DNA from: an uncultured Bacteroidales bacterium | GTDB taxonomy: Bacteria > Bacteroidota > Bacteroidia > Bacteroidales > JAADJA01 | Direction of reading: 5' to 3' | Assembly: GCA_963749345.1 (NCBI GenBank) | Contig: CAVVMO010000004.1 | Coordinates: 286,047 to 350,046 of the forward strand | DNA length: 64,000 nt | Shown here: positions 8,515 to 19,100 of the stretch, piece by piece | How positions within the stretch are numbered: position 1 is the stretch's first letter | Layout: each line of letters starts with the position of its first letter | Translations under genes and position numbers: made by a program | Notes under the pieces: generated by a model | The model's input: only the letters and a program-made list of their open reading frames with translations | Databases searched by the model: none | What the model was told of the DNA's origin: nothing

Positions 8515-10359
8515 ATGTTAAAAGATCACCCAAAAGGACTATTGGTCGCTTTCTTCACAAATATGGGAGAACGCTTTGGATTTTACACCATGATGGCAAT
8601 CCTGGTTATGTTTCTGCAAGCACGGTATGGCCTTGATGCCGATTCAGCAGGAAGCATTTATTCGTGGTTTTATTTTGCAATTTATGCCCTGGCACTGGTT
8701 GGAGGTATGGTTGCTGACTGGACGAAAAAGTATAAGACGGTTATTTTGGTCGGACAAGTCGTGATGTTCGCCGGCTATTTAATTATTGCAATACCTGGAT
8801 CCGAACTTTGGGTTTCAGTAGCTGCATTGTTGATTATTGCTTTAGGAAACGGATTATTCAAAGGAAACCTGCAGGCAGTTGTAGGACAAATGTACGATGA
8901 TGAAAAGTACAAGAAATTCCGCGACAGCGCCTTTATGATCTTTTATATGGGTATTAACATCGGAGCTTTCTTTGCACCCTTTGTTGCAAAAGGAATAAAG
9001 GAATTCTGGCTCAAGCACAACGGATATTACGAAAACGCCAACCTTCCTTTGCTAAGTCATCAATATCTGAATGGCACCTTAAAAGACGCTGACCAGTTTC
9101 AGACCCTTGCAAACGCAGCTGTAATGCCTGATGGAGGTAAGTCGGCCGCTGATCTCACCGCTTTTGCAAATGATTACATCGGTGTTTTTTCAGCTGGCTT
9201 CAACTATGCCTTTGCCATAGCCGCCTGTGCGATGATCGTTTCTTTGCTGGTTTATGTCAGTTTCAATAAACTCTTACCCTCAAAACACAAACTTGCGGCT
9301 GCAGAGAAAAAGAATAATAATGTAACAGAAACAAAACCATCCCTGAATTTAGCAAGTAACCTGAAATACATCATCATTTCCCTGGGATTAGTGGTGTTAA
9401 TTGCGGTTTTGTTTCACATAGCCGATGGATACAGTAACATTAAGGACATTGATTATAAATTAGGTTTAGCCGTTGGTTTGTTTGTTGGATTTGTTTCACT
9501 CATATTCCAAATTTCCACCAGGGACGAAAAACCCCGGGTAGTGGCTTTATCCCTGGTATTTATTGTGGTTATTTTCTTCTGGATGTCCTTCCATCAAAAC
9601 GGACTTACACTCACGATGTTTGCCCGCGATTATACGGCTCAGTACGTAGGACCTTTTACCAACCTGTTCTTCAACATCTGGTCAATATTATCGGTTATCG
9701 GCGCTATTGCCGGATGTGCTGTTGCTTTCTTTACAAAAAAACTTACAAGCCGGTTGATTGGCGCTGCAGGGTTTCTTGTATTCGGGTACCTTTGTTATTA
9801 CTTTGCTTCAAACAACGAAGCACATAACCTGATTTCACCTGAGGTTTTCCAATCCTTTAATCCTTTGTTCATTGTAGCGCTGACACCGCTGGTGATGGGA
9901 ATTTTTGCCTGGTTAGGCAAACGCGGACAGGAACCTTCATCGCCCCGTAAAATCGGTATCGGAATGGTTATTGCCTCTTTCGGTTTTGTACTGGTATTGA
10001 TCGCTTCGCTGGGATTGGTTTCACCTAAAGAAATGGCAGGTGTTGCCGTGGAGGAAATAAACAGGGTTTCGCCTTACTGGCTGATGAGTTCTTATCTCAT
10101 TTTAACCATCGCTGAGCTTTTCCTCAGCCCGATTGGATTATCATTTGTTGCAAAAGTAGCTCCCGCGCGCTTCCAGGGATTGATGCAAGGCGGTTGGTTA
10201 TTGGCAACAGCCATCGGAAACAAATTCCTTTTTGTCGGCAGCTTGTTGTGGGGTAAAGTTGAGCTTTACATGCTTTGGGGTATCTTTATTATTTGTTGCA
10301 TACTCGCTGCTATATTCATTTTCTCAATTATGAAACGGCTCGAAAACGCAACAAAATAG
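8515..10359 (+). CDS. proton-dependent oligopeptide transporter (POT/PTR2 family MFS)
   Basis: 614 aa with many TM segments. The N-terminal signature is HPKGLLVAFFTNMGERFGFYTMMAILVMFL, and the family motif FYMGINIGAF is present. Confidence 0.88.
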   Translation: MLKDHPKGLLVAFFTNMGERFGFYTMMAILVMFLQARYGLDADSAGSIYSWFYFAIYALALVGGMVADWTKKYKTVILVGQVVMFAGYLIIAIPGSELWVSVAALLIIALGNGLFKGNLQAVVGQMYDDEKYKKFRDSAFMIFYMGINIGAFFAPFVAKGIKEFWLKHNGYYENANLPLLSHQYLNGTLKDADQFQTLANAAVMPDGGKSAADLTAFANDYIGVFSAGFNYAFAIAACAMIVSLLVYVSFNKLLPSKHKLAAAEKKNNNVTETKPSLNLASNLKYIIISLGLVVLIAVLFHIADGYSNIKDIDYKLGLAVGLFVGFVSLIFQISTRDEKPRVVALSLVFIVVIFFWMSFHQNGLTLTMFARDYTAQYVGPFTNLFFNIWSILSVIGAIAGCAVAFFTKKLTSRLIGAAGFLVFGYLCYYFASNNEAHNLISPEVFQSFNPLFIVALTPLVMGIFAWLGKRGQEPSSPRKIGIGMVIASFGFVLVLIASLGLVSPKEMAGVAVEEINRVSPYWLMSSYLILTIAELFLSPIGLSFVAKVAPARFQGLMQGGWLLATAIGNKFLFVGSLLWGKVELYMLWGIFIICCILAAIFIFSIMKRLENATK

Positions 10360-10383
10360 AAAAAAATAATTCACATTTTTAAA

Positions 10384-10412
10384 GCAGGGACAACAATCCC
10401 TGCTTTCTTTTT
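10384..10412 (+). terminator. intrinsic terminator after the POT gene
   Basis: GCAGGGA-caacaa-TCCCTGC is followed by TTTCTTTTT. Confidence 0.7.
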
Positions 10413-10433
10413 ATAAAATAACAATAAGCTACA

Positions 10434-11402
10434 ATGAATTACCCCTGGGGACACGATAAAAGGTTCAATTCCTACCCTGAATATTTTAAAAAACTATTCG
10501 GCGAAAGGATCCAGAAAATTTCCGTAGATGCAGGATTTACATGTCCCAACCGGGATGGGACACTGGCTTACGGTGGTTGTACTTATTGTGATAATGATGC
10601 ATTCAATCCTTCTTATTGTCTTCCTGACAAATCGGTAACTCTGCAGATAAGTGAAGGCATCGAATTTCATGCAAAACGCTACAGAAGGGCAAACAAATTT
10701 CTGGTTTATTTCCAGGCTTATTCTAATACCTATGCATCGCTTGATCACATAAAAAAATTATATTCCGAAGCTTTAACCTATCCTGGAATTATCGGTCTTG
10801 TGATCGGCACCCGGCCTGATTGCATCGACGATGAAAAATTAAATTATTTTCGTGAGTTATCGGAAAGATATTACATCATTATAGAATATGGGATTGAATC
10901 ATGCTACAATAAAACCCTTGAAACCATTAACCGTCAGCATACATTTGAGCAATCAGTCGATGCTATACAAAGGACTGCTGCAGCAGGAATAAAAACCGGA
11001 GCACACATTATCTTCGGTCTGCCAGATGAAACAAGAGAACAAATGCTCAACGAAGCTGAGATTTTATCATCACTGCCAATCAATAACATCAAATTTCACC
11101 AACTCCAAATCGTAAAAAATACACCCATTGAAAAAGCATTTAAAAAAAATCCAGAAAGATTTAAGTTATTTGGATTGGATGAATACATCGAATTTATAAT
11201 AAAGTTCATTGAACGAATGAATCCGGAATTCATCATCGAACGGTTCACCGGTGAAATGCCACCCCGTTTCATTTCAGTCCCAAACTGGGGGCTAATCAGA
11301 AACGATCAGGTAAACAGGTTTATTGAAAAAAAGCTTGAAGAAAAAAACACCTGGCAGGGAAGGCAATTTAATCAGGAAGTAAAATTAAAAAAGTACAATT
11401 AA
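10434..11402 (+). CDS. TIGR01212-family radical SAM protein
   Basis: 322 aa. FTCPNRDGTLAYGGCTYCDN is the characteristic Cys cluster of this radical SAM subfamily, and the C-terminal region is conserved. Confidence 0.85.
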   Translation: MNYPWGHDKRFNSYPEYFKKLFGERIQKISVDAGFTCPNRDGTLAYGGCTYCDNDAFNPSYCLPDKSVTLQISEGIEFHAKRYRRANKFLVYFQAYSNTYASLDHIKKLYSEALTYPGIIGLVIGTRPDCIDDEKLNYFRELSERYYIIIEYGIESCYNKTLETINRQHTFEQSVDAIQRTAAAGIKTGAHIIFGLPDETREQMLNEAEILSSLPINNIKFHQLQIVKNTPIEKAFKKNPERFKLFGLDEYIEFIIKFIERMNPEFIIERFTGEMPPRFISVPNWGLIRNDQVNRFIEKKLEEKNTWQGRQFNQEVKLKKYN

Positions 11403-11508
11403 ACAAAATAGTAAGCAACCATTATCAAATAGGTGCTGTCAATGAAATAAATAGGAATAATAAAATGTGTCCAACTTTTATAAAACGCCTGGATATTTAA
11501 TTAAGTGC

Positions 11509-11516
11509 TATATTTG
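11509..11516 (+). promoter_or_regulatory. -7 promoter box TATATTTG of T9SS cargo gene 1
   Basis: TAnnTTTG match 56 nt upstream of the ATG at 11572. The same box sits upstream of gene 2 (15214) and a TACATTTG box upstream of gene 3 (20897). Confidence 0.5.
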
Positions 11517-11530
11517 TTGGGCAGAAAAAT

Positions 11531-12400
11531 ATGATTTAATCAATTATTTACATTAACTAAATTTTATTATTATGAAAGTGTTTACAAAAATGATGTGTGT
11601 AATGATGGTGTTACTGCTTTCGTTCACATTTGTTCTGGGACAATCGACAAATCTTGAGAAGATCAAGGCGAACAAGTCGACGACAGATTTAACTGTCGAC
11701 ACCTATGATGGGGTGAAACCCATTGCTAATCCAAATGACGCAGGTTCAAATGTAAGTTTTGCTTCAAGTGACCCTGATAAGTTAGTTCTTTTTGACAACG
11801 GACCAATGATCACACACCCCGGTGGCGGTTTTGGTGGTGCCGATGCAAGTGCATTACAGTCTGTGAGTGGTCCGGCATTAACAACTTATGGTTTCGGCGC
11901 TCAACAAACAGCGGGTAATTCTATGGCAGATGATTTTACTGTTACCGGTACGTGGACACTAAATACGATTACGTTTTTTTCGTATCAGACGGGTTCAACC
12001 ACTACCTCTACCATCACAGGAATTTATGCCCAAATCTGGAATGGTGCGCCCAATGCTGGTGGAACAGTTGTTTGGGGTAACCTTACAACAAATCTGTTGG
12101 CTTCAACTACCTTCACAAATATTTACAGAAGTATTGAAACTGACTTTCTGGCCAGCAACCGTCCGATTATGGAGGTGGTTGCCAATGTTGCCGGATGTGA
12201 GCTTTCTTCAGGAACTTATTGGGTACAATATCAATTTACAGGATCATTAGCTTCCGGTCCCTGGGCTCCGCCTATCTCTATATGGGATCAGGGAGAAACG
12301 GGAAATGCACTCCAGAATACTTCGACAGGATGGGCTGCTGCAGTTAGCGGTACAGCTCCCAATACGTATGCACAGGGAGTACCTTTTATCATTGAGGGTA
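11531..12400. repeat. R1a: 5' module (leader, signal peptide, N-domain) shared with 15243..16105
   Basis: Offset is 3712 nt. 11531-12111 is almost identical to 15243-15823 (three substitutions in the coding part by eye). Homology then continues at lower identity to about 12400/16105. Confidence 0.9.
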
Positions 12401-14760
12401 CTTCAGGAAGTGCTGGAAACACCGTTTTCTTTGATGATTTTGAAAGTGGTATAACAAACTGGGCAGTTACCGGGACATGGGGAATAACCGATCAATATTC
12501 TTATTCTACATCGCACTCGCTAACAGATAGTCCGGGTGGAAATTATATACCTAATCAGGAAACTTATTCAACAATGGTAAGTGGTGTTGATTTATCAGAC
12601 CCTGCAATTTTATCTGTGGATTTGTCATGGTGGATGATTATGGATATTGAAAATGGTAATTTTGATTATTTATATGTTGAAGTATCTGATGATAATTTTG
12701 CGACCTTTATTGAAATCGCTTCTTTTTTTGGAGAAGATATGCTTACCCCCTGGGTAGAATATTCCTACCCACTTAGCGTGTTTCTGGGAAGCAATAATGT
12801 AAAAGTAAGGTTCCATTTCTCAAGTGATCAAGGTTATGAAGTAGATGGATGTTACATTGATGATGTTACAATTACTACAAGCGATGTCGACAATGCACCT
12901 CCAGAAATATTTTTTGATGCACCTTTTGGTTATGAAGGGACAGCTATAGAATTTTTGGTAGAAGCAGAACTTATTGATGCTACAGGTGTTGCTTCCGCAG
13001 AAGTTATCTATACTGTTGATGGTGTAGTACAATCAAACATCACAGGTGTAAATGTCGGTGGCAATAACTGGGAATTCACAATTCCACAGCAAGATCCCGG
13101 CTACCAGGTTGATTTTGTGATTTCAGCTGTGGACGCTTCTCCAAATGCAAATGAAGCAATAACAGATACAGCACGGTATATTGCCGGTCAGTACATTAGT
13201 TATGACAATGCACAAGTTGATTTTTACACCTCAATTGCTGCTCCTGGTGGAACCGCTGTTTTATTTGAATTGACGAACCCTTCTCAGCTTGTTACTGCTC
13301 TCATTAGGAATTACACAGATCAGAGTCAACCCCCAAATGACGAAATGCTTGTCCATATATGGAGCGATGGTGGAGGAGTACCCGGCGCTGACCTGATCAC
13401 TCCCATTCTTATGATGCCGGAGGCTAACCTTATTAATACAAGAGCATTTACCCGGGTAGATTTACGGCCTTATGCCGCTCAGTTGTCAAACATAGTAGGT
13501 AATGTATTTATCGGCTATACTGTACCATCCGGTATAGTACTCACAACCATCACCCAGCCTGGAATAGGAAACCATTCATTTAATTCGCTTGATGGTTCTA
13601 CGTGGAATGCTTTAGCTGATGATTACCATTACAGAATCATTGTGGGTGAAGGTGGAACGAATCCTTTTGACCCTCCAACCAACCTTACCGGTCCTGATGC
13701 TGTAACGACTGGTGAAACAATAAATCTTGAATGGGATGCACCCGGAGGTGGTGGAACAATTGAAGAATTGATTTATGACAATGATGTTACTACCGGTGCT
13801 TATAGCTATAACGGATATACAATGTCGACCCATATGTCTCCTGCTGGTTCTTGTAAAGTTCTGTCTATGAAATTTTATACAACCATACAAGCTGGTGCGA
13901 ATGATTTCAATGCCACACTTTTTGAATGGGCTGGTTCTCAACCTGGACTGGATATTATCTACCAGGAAAATGTGACAGCTGTGGACGATAATTGGATGGA
14001 GGTTGATATTTCATCTCAGAACATTACCTTTAGCGGTGATTTTGTTGTAGGATTTGGATCTGTTAACGCTACTACATTCCTCGGTTATGACGCCGGATTA
14101 AATAATGGACGATCATGGGATTTCAACAATAGTTCCCCTTCATGGTCAGAGTGGAATGAAGCTTACCTGATCAGAGCAATTGTAGAATATACCGATGGAA
14201 CCATTGCTGAAATTGGAACAGTAAATATTCAAAACCCGGTTTCTGTTAAATCTGCAGAATTATCTGTACATCCGACCGATTATTCAGCGGTTACTACAGT
14301 AAAACCGATCGGCAATCTTGCAGCATCTGTAAAAGAGCTTGTTGGATATAATGTATATCGTGATGGTTCAATGATTGATTATACAACTGAAACCTTTTAT
14401 AATGATGTAATCCTTGTTTCAGGTATATATCAATATTTTGTCACAGCCGTTTATGAAAATCCGGCCGGTGAATCTTTACCATCAAATACAATTACAGTGG
14501 ACGTGTTAACCAGTATCGAAGATGTGATATCTAACAGCACATCCATTTACCCGAATCCTGCTTCTAATGTTGTAAATATTAAATCTGATTATACAATTAA
14601 TACAATCAAGGTTTATAATTATTCAGGACAGGTTATTTCTAATGAACTCGTTGATACTAAATTCTTCCAGTTCAATACTTCAAAGTTCAATTCAGGATTG
14701 TATCTATTCCAGATTGAAACCAATGAAGGTACCATTACAAAACGAATTATTATCGAATAA
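11572..14760 (+). CDS. modular T9SS-secreted surface protein, gene 1 of the array (1062 aa)
   Basis: Signal peptide MKVFTKMMCVMMVLLLSFTFVLGQ, then an N-domain shared with gene 2. A MAM/choice-of-anchor-J-like block follows (FFDDFESGITNWAVTGTWG...CYIDDVTIT), then FN3-like segments (PPTNLTG...LEWDAP; LVGYNVYRDGSMIDYT...). The C-terminal ~75 aa (IYPNPASNVVNIKS...GLYLFQIETNEGTITKRIIIE) fit the T9SS type-A sorting domain pattern. Confidence 0.9.
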   Translation: MKVFTKMMCVMMVLLLSFTFVLGQSTNLEKIKANKSTTDLTVDTYDGVKPIANPNDAGSNVSFASSDPDKLVLFDNGPMITHPGGGFGGADASALQSVSGPALTTYGFGAQQTAGNSMADDFTVTGTWTLNTITFFSYQTGSTTTSTITGIYAQIWNGAPNAGGTVVWGNLTTNLLASTTFTNIYRSIETDFLASNRPIMEVVANVAGCELSSGTYWVQYQFTGSLASGPWAPPISIWDQGETGNALQNTSTGWAAAVSGTAPNTYAQGVPFIIEGTSGSAGNTVFFDDFESGITNWAVTGTWGITDQYSYSTSHSLTDSPGGNYIPNQETYSTMVSGVDLSDPAILSVDLSWWMIMDIENGNFDYLYVEVSDDNFATFIEIASFFGEDMLTPWVEYSYPLSVFLGSNNVKVRFHFSSDQGYEVDGCYIDDVTITTSDVDNAPPEIFFDAPFGYEGTAIEFLVEAELIDATGVASAEVIYTVDGVVQSNITGVNVGGNNWEFTIPQQDPGYQVDFVISAVDASPNANEAITDTARYIAGQYISYDNAQVDFYTSIAAPGGTAVLFELTNPSQLVTALIRNYTDQSQPPNDEMLVHIWSDGGGVPGADLITPILMMPEANLINTRAFTRVDLRPYAAQLSNIVGNVFIGYTVPSGIVLTTITQPGIGNHSFNSLDGSTWNALADDYHYRIIVGEGGTNPFDPPTNLTGPDAVTTGETINLEWDAPGGGGTIEELIYDNDVTTGAYSYNGYTMSTHMSPAGSCKVLSMKFYTTIQAGANDFNATLFEWAGSQPGLDIIYQENVTAVDDNWMEVDISSQNITFSGDFVVGFGSVNATTFLGYDAGLNNGRSWDFNNSSPSWSEWNEAYLIRAIVEYTDGTIAEIGTVNIQNPVSVKSAELSVHPTDYSAVTTVKPIGNLAASVKELVGYNVYRDGSMIDYTTETFYNDVILVSGIYQYFVTAVYENPAGESLPSNTITVDVLTSIEDVISNSTSIYPNPASNVVNIKSDYTINTIKVYNYSGQVISNELVDTKFFQFNTSKFNSGLYLFQIETNEGTITKRIIIE

Positions 14761-14786
14761 TAGTTCCTGAAATACATTGCATAAAA

Positions 14787-14815
14787 GGCTGTCCAAAAAG
14801 GACAGTCTTTTTTTA
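14787..14815 (+). terminator. intrinsic terminator of cargo gene 1
   Basis: GGCTGTCC-aaaaa-GGACAGTC is followed by T7. It is homologous to the hairpins after genes 2 and 3. Confidence 0.75.
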
Positions 14816-14817
14816 TT

Positions 14818-14976
14818 GTGTGAGGTCATATCCAAAAGCCTTCGCTCTTTCTGATTTGTGCAAGTGGATGCAGCGTTGGGTAATCCGAAAGCAATAATAA
14901 GGGATTTAAAATCCCTTCCCTTCTCCCACCCGGATTAGCTCCCCGAATGCTCTGGCTCAAATCCGGACGAGCAGCG
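14818..14976. repeat. post-terminator element, copy 1 (shorter)
   Basis: It aligns with 20579..20826 through shared blocks ..AGGTCAnATCCAAAAG.., ..TTCGCTCTTT..GATTTG.., ..TAATCCGAAAGCAATAA.. and ..CAAATCCGGnCGAGCAGCG, with indels between them. Confidence 0.75.
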
Positions 14977-15213
14977 CCAGGCTAGGGATTGATAAGGAAT
15001 GATCAGGTAAACCTATTCATTGCCTATAAGATAGAACAAATAAATACATGATAAAGAAAAAAATTTAAAACAACTGAAATTAAAGTTATTTAAAATATTA
15101 CTTTAGCGACTTATATTGAAAGCAAATTTTGTATTTTTGATGCTGTCATAAAAAAAGCAACGAATAAAATTTATATATTTTTAATAAATTTCTTGGATAT
15201 TTCAAAAATGCGC

Positions 15214-15221
15214 TATATTTG
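15214..15221 (+). promoter_or_regulatory. -7 promoter box TATATTTG of T9SS cargo gene 2
   Basis: TAnnTTTG match 63 nt upstream of the ATG at 15284. Confidence 0.5.
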
Positions 15222-15242
15222 CTGTTCAGAAAAAAGAAAAAA

Positions 15243-16105
15243 ATGATTCAATCAATTATTTACATTAACTAAATTTTATTATTATGAAAGTGTTTACAAA
15301 AATGATGTGTGTAATGATGGTGTTACTGCTTTCGTTCACATTTGTTCTGGGACAATCGACAAATCTTGAGAAGATCAAGGCGAACAAGTCGACGACAGAT
15401 TTAACTGTCGACACCTATGATGGGGTGAAACCCATTGCTAATCCAAATGACGCAGGTTCAAATGTAAGCTTTGCTTCAAGTGACCCTGATAAGTTAGTTC
15501 TTTTTGACAACGGACCAATGATCACACACCCCGGTGGCGGTTTTGGTGGTGCCGATGCAAGTGCATTACAGTCTGTGAGTGGTCCGGCATTAACAACTTA
15601 TGGTTTCGGCGCTCAACAAACAGCGGGTAATTCTATGGCAGATGATTTTACTGTTACCGGTACGTGGACACTAAATACGATTACGTTTTTTTCGTATCAG
15701 ACGGGTTCAACCACTACCTCTACCATCACAGGAATTTATGCCCAAATCTGGAATGGTGCGCCCAATGCCGGTGGAACAGTTGTATGGGGTAACCTTACAA
15801 CAAATCTGTTGGCTTCAACTACCTGGTCAAGCATTTACAGGAGTATTGAAACTGACCTTCTGGCCAGCAATCGTCCGATTATGGCAGTGGTTGCCAATGT
15901 TGCCGGATGTGTGCTTTCTTCAGGTACTTATTGGGTACAATATCAATTTACAGGATCATTAGCTTCCGGTCCCTGGGCTCCGCCAATCTCTATATGGAAT
16001 CAGGGAGAAACGGGGAATGCACTCCAGAATACTTCAACAGGATGGGCTGCTGCAGTTAGCGGTACAACTCCTTATGCACAAGGAGTGCCTTTTATCATTG
16101 ATGGA
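15243..16105. repeat. R1b: 5' module shared with 11531..12400
   Basis: See R1a. Confidence 0.9.
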
Positions 16106-19100
16106 ACTACCGGTGGACTTCCGGGTAACGACCTTTCAGTGACAAGCATTTTAGCCCCATCAACCGGCGCTAATTTAGGATCTGCTGAACCCGTTACCAT
16201 CAGGATACAAAATATGGGTACCAATCCACAATCAAATTTCCCTGTTTTCTATACTATAAATGGCGGCGCTCAGGTTAATGGAACTGTTACAGCGACTATT
16301 AACAGCCTTGCTACCTACGATTATACCTTTGCTACTACCGCTAATCTTTCAGCCTATGGGGTTTATAATTTCCATGCCTGTGTTAACTTAACAGGTGATG
16401 AAAATCCTGCAAACAATTGCTTTGATAAAGTAGTTGAAAACCTTATGCCTTCTTATTGTACTGCATCAACAACCACTGAGGATGAATATATTGCAAATGT
16501 ATCCTGCGGCACCATTAACAATCCCAGTGGATGGCAGGGTGGTGTTGCCGATTATACTGCAATTTTCACTACCATTGATGCTGGCATGTCCGAAGATATT
16601 ACCGTTTTAAATGGTCCTAATATTTATGCCTCTGACCAGGTTACCTGCTGGGTTGACTGGAATATGGATTATACATTCGGCACTGGTGATGAAGAATTTA
16701 TTTTAACTAATGTAGGTGGAACCGGAGCCACTTTCACAGGTGCAATCACCGTTCCTGCTGGTACACCTGGTGGAGATTACAGGATGAGGGTCAGAATGAC
16801 TTACAGCCTTGCTCCGGTACCTTGCGGAAGTGCATCCTATGGCGAAATTGAAGATTATACTATAAATGTTGGTGGTGTAATTAATCCAAATATCGTTTTT
16901 GAAGATAATTTCGATGCATATACTGCCGGCGGTCAAGTGGCTTGTCAAAATCCTACCGGATGGACAACCTGGAGCAATGCTCCTTGCGGTTCAGAAGATG
17001 CCTATGTATCGAATCTTTATTCTTACAGCAGTCCAAATTCTGCAGTGATAGCTCAAAATAACGATTTGGTTAAGGATTTTGGTGATCCATACACATCAGG
17101 AAAATATAGTATAAGTTTTTATGCTTATATTCCTGCAACTAAAACAGGGTACTTCAATACCTTACAAAAGTTTACAGTTGCCCCTCAGATTTGGGGTCTT
17201 GAGGTATACTTTAATGCAGGTGGTGCAGGAAGCATCAATGCAGGTGGTACCGGAACTGCTACTTTCACATGGACACCTGGTACCTGGTTCATGGTTGAGC
17301 ATATTATCGATATGGATAATGATATGTCTGAAATCTGGATCGGTGGAATTATGATCTATTCCTACCAGTGGAGCCTTGGAGCTACCGGAACAGGACAAAA
17401 TACATTGGAAGCCAATGATTACTTTGGAGCTACGGCCAATGATCAAATGTATATTGATGACTATAAACTTGAATTAATTCCACCAGTTACACTTAATCCT
17501 CCAACAAACCTTACTGCAACCGTTGCTGATGATGATGTTCAACTGGAATGGGATGCACCGACAGCCGAACCCCTTCTGGGCTATAATGTCTATCGTGACG
17601 GAACGATGATCGACTATACTACAGCCACATCTTATGACGATATGGATCTTGCCGAAGGCACATACGGATATTATGTAACTGCCGTTTACGACGAAGGAGA
17701 ATCAGTACCTTCCAACACGGTAAGTGCAACTATTTCAGGCGGCACATCAGGAGTGATCTTTACCTATGACTTTGAAAACTATACTTCCGGTGGGCAGGTA
17801 GCTTGCCAAACACCTGATGAATGGACAACCTGGAGTAATTTGCCTTGTGACGCTGTGGAAGATGCTTATATTTCCAGTCTTTATGCACACAGCGGTGTAA
17901 ACTCTGCAGTTGTTGTACAAAACAATGACCTGGTTAAGGACTTTGGAGAAGCCTATACAACGGGTAAATACAAAATCAGTTTCTGGGTTTATATCCCAAC
18001 CGGAAAAGCAGGTTATTTCAATACCCTCGCAAGCTTTGCCGGAACAACCAGCAGCTGGGGTCTCGAGGTTTATTTCAACCTGGGAGGTGCCGGAAGTATC
18101 AACGCTGGCGGAACGGGAGCATCTACTTTCTTCTGGAATGAGAATACATGGTTCTACGTTGAAAATGTGGTTGATTTGGATATGGACTGGGCAGAATTCT
18201 GGATTGACGGTAATATGCTTTATGAATGGCAATGGACTTTGGGATCAAATGGTGTGGCTATACCAAATACTTTGGATGCTAACGATTTCTTTGGCGCTAC
18301 TGCTAACGATCAAATGTTTTTTGACGATTATGTGCTGGAATCTTTTGGAGCTCTTGCAGGTCCAACTAACTTAACATTAAGTTTATCAGGCAGTAATGTT
18401 GTTCTTGACTGGGATGCACCTTCAGGAAAATCATTCAGCAATAATGTTCCAATCCAGGAATTACCTCTGACTGTTACAACTGAGTTAACAAATTCGGTGC
18501 ATAATAATTTACTCAATCAATACAAACAAAGTGGTCAGGAAATCAAAGCTGAACAGTTGATTAACAACGCAAAAACTCCTGCAGGTTATCAGCCATTTAA
18601 ACTTGATATCAAGGGTGCAACTGCATATGCTTTTGTCGCTTATGATCCGAGCAGTGTAAATCCAATTGGCCCTGCTTATTTTGATACAGATTTCCCGGGT
18701 ACTATTACTTCATTAGGTCCAAATGGTGCTGGTGATTTTATCGCCGGTGGTTCATGGGCTGAAGGTGTATGGTATGGTGAGGAATATGGTACCGGCGCTT
18801 TATATACCATTGATCCTTCTTCAGGCGCTATGTCCTTGGTTGGTTACGGCTCAGCAGCCGGTGGATTCAATGCGATAGCTTACGATGTTACCACGTCCAC
18901 AATGTTCGGTTGTGATTATAATGGCAGTTCCTGCGGACTGTACTCAATTGATCTGTCTTCAGGTGCAAATACCTATATTGGTGATGTGGGTTTAGGTGCA
19001 TTGGTTATTGGACTGGCCTGTGATGCATCAGGTAATTTATATGCAGCCGATCTTTTTACCGATGTTCTGATTTCAGTTGACAAAGCTACAGGCGCTGGTA

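Noticed and set aside
12112-12400. A diversity-generating retroelement (DGR) as the cause of the variable patch in the shared N-domain.
   Set aside because: There is no reverse transcriptase gene, no template-repeat/variable-repeat pair and no adenine-specific substitution pattern. The differences include T/C, G/C and indel changes. A conversion-tract edge or ordinary divergence explains it.
17747-18374. Long antisense or out-of-frame ORFs inside the giant genes (for example 17747..18232 minus 161 aa, 17910..18374 plus 154 aa, 13612..13941 minus, 16703..16948 minus, 21466..21723 plus).
   Set aside because: They lie entirely within the strongly supported 1062/1745/966-aa reading frames. They have Cys/Arg/Ser-rich compositions unlike real proteins and no start context. 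Duplicates (19152..19364 = 22495..22707) merely reflect the DNA repeat.
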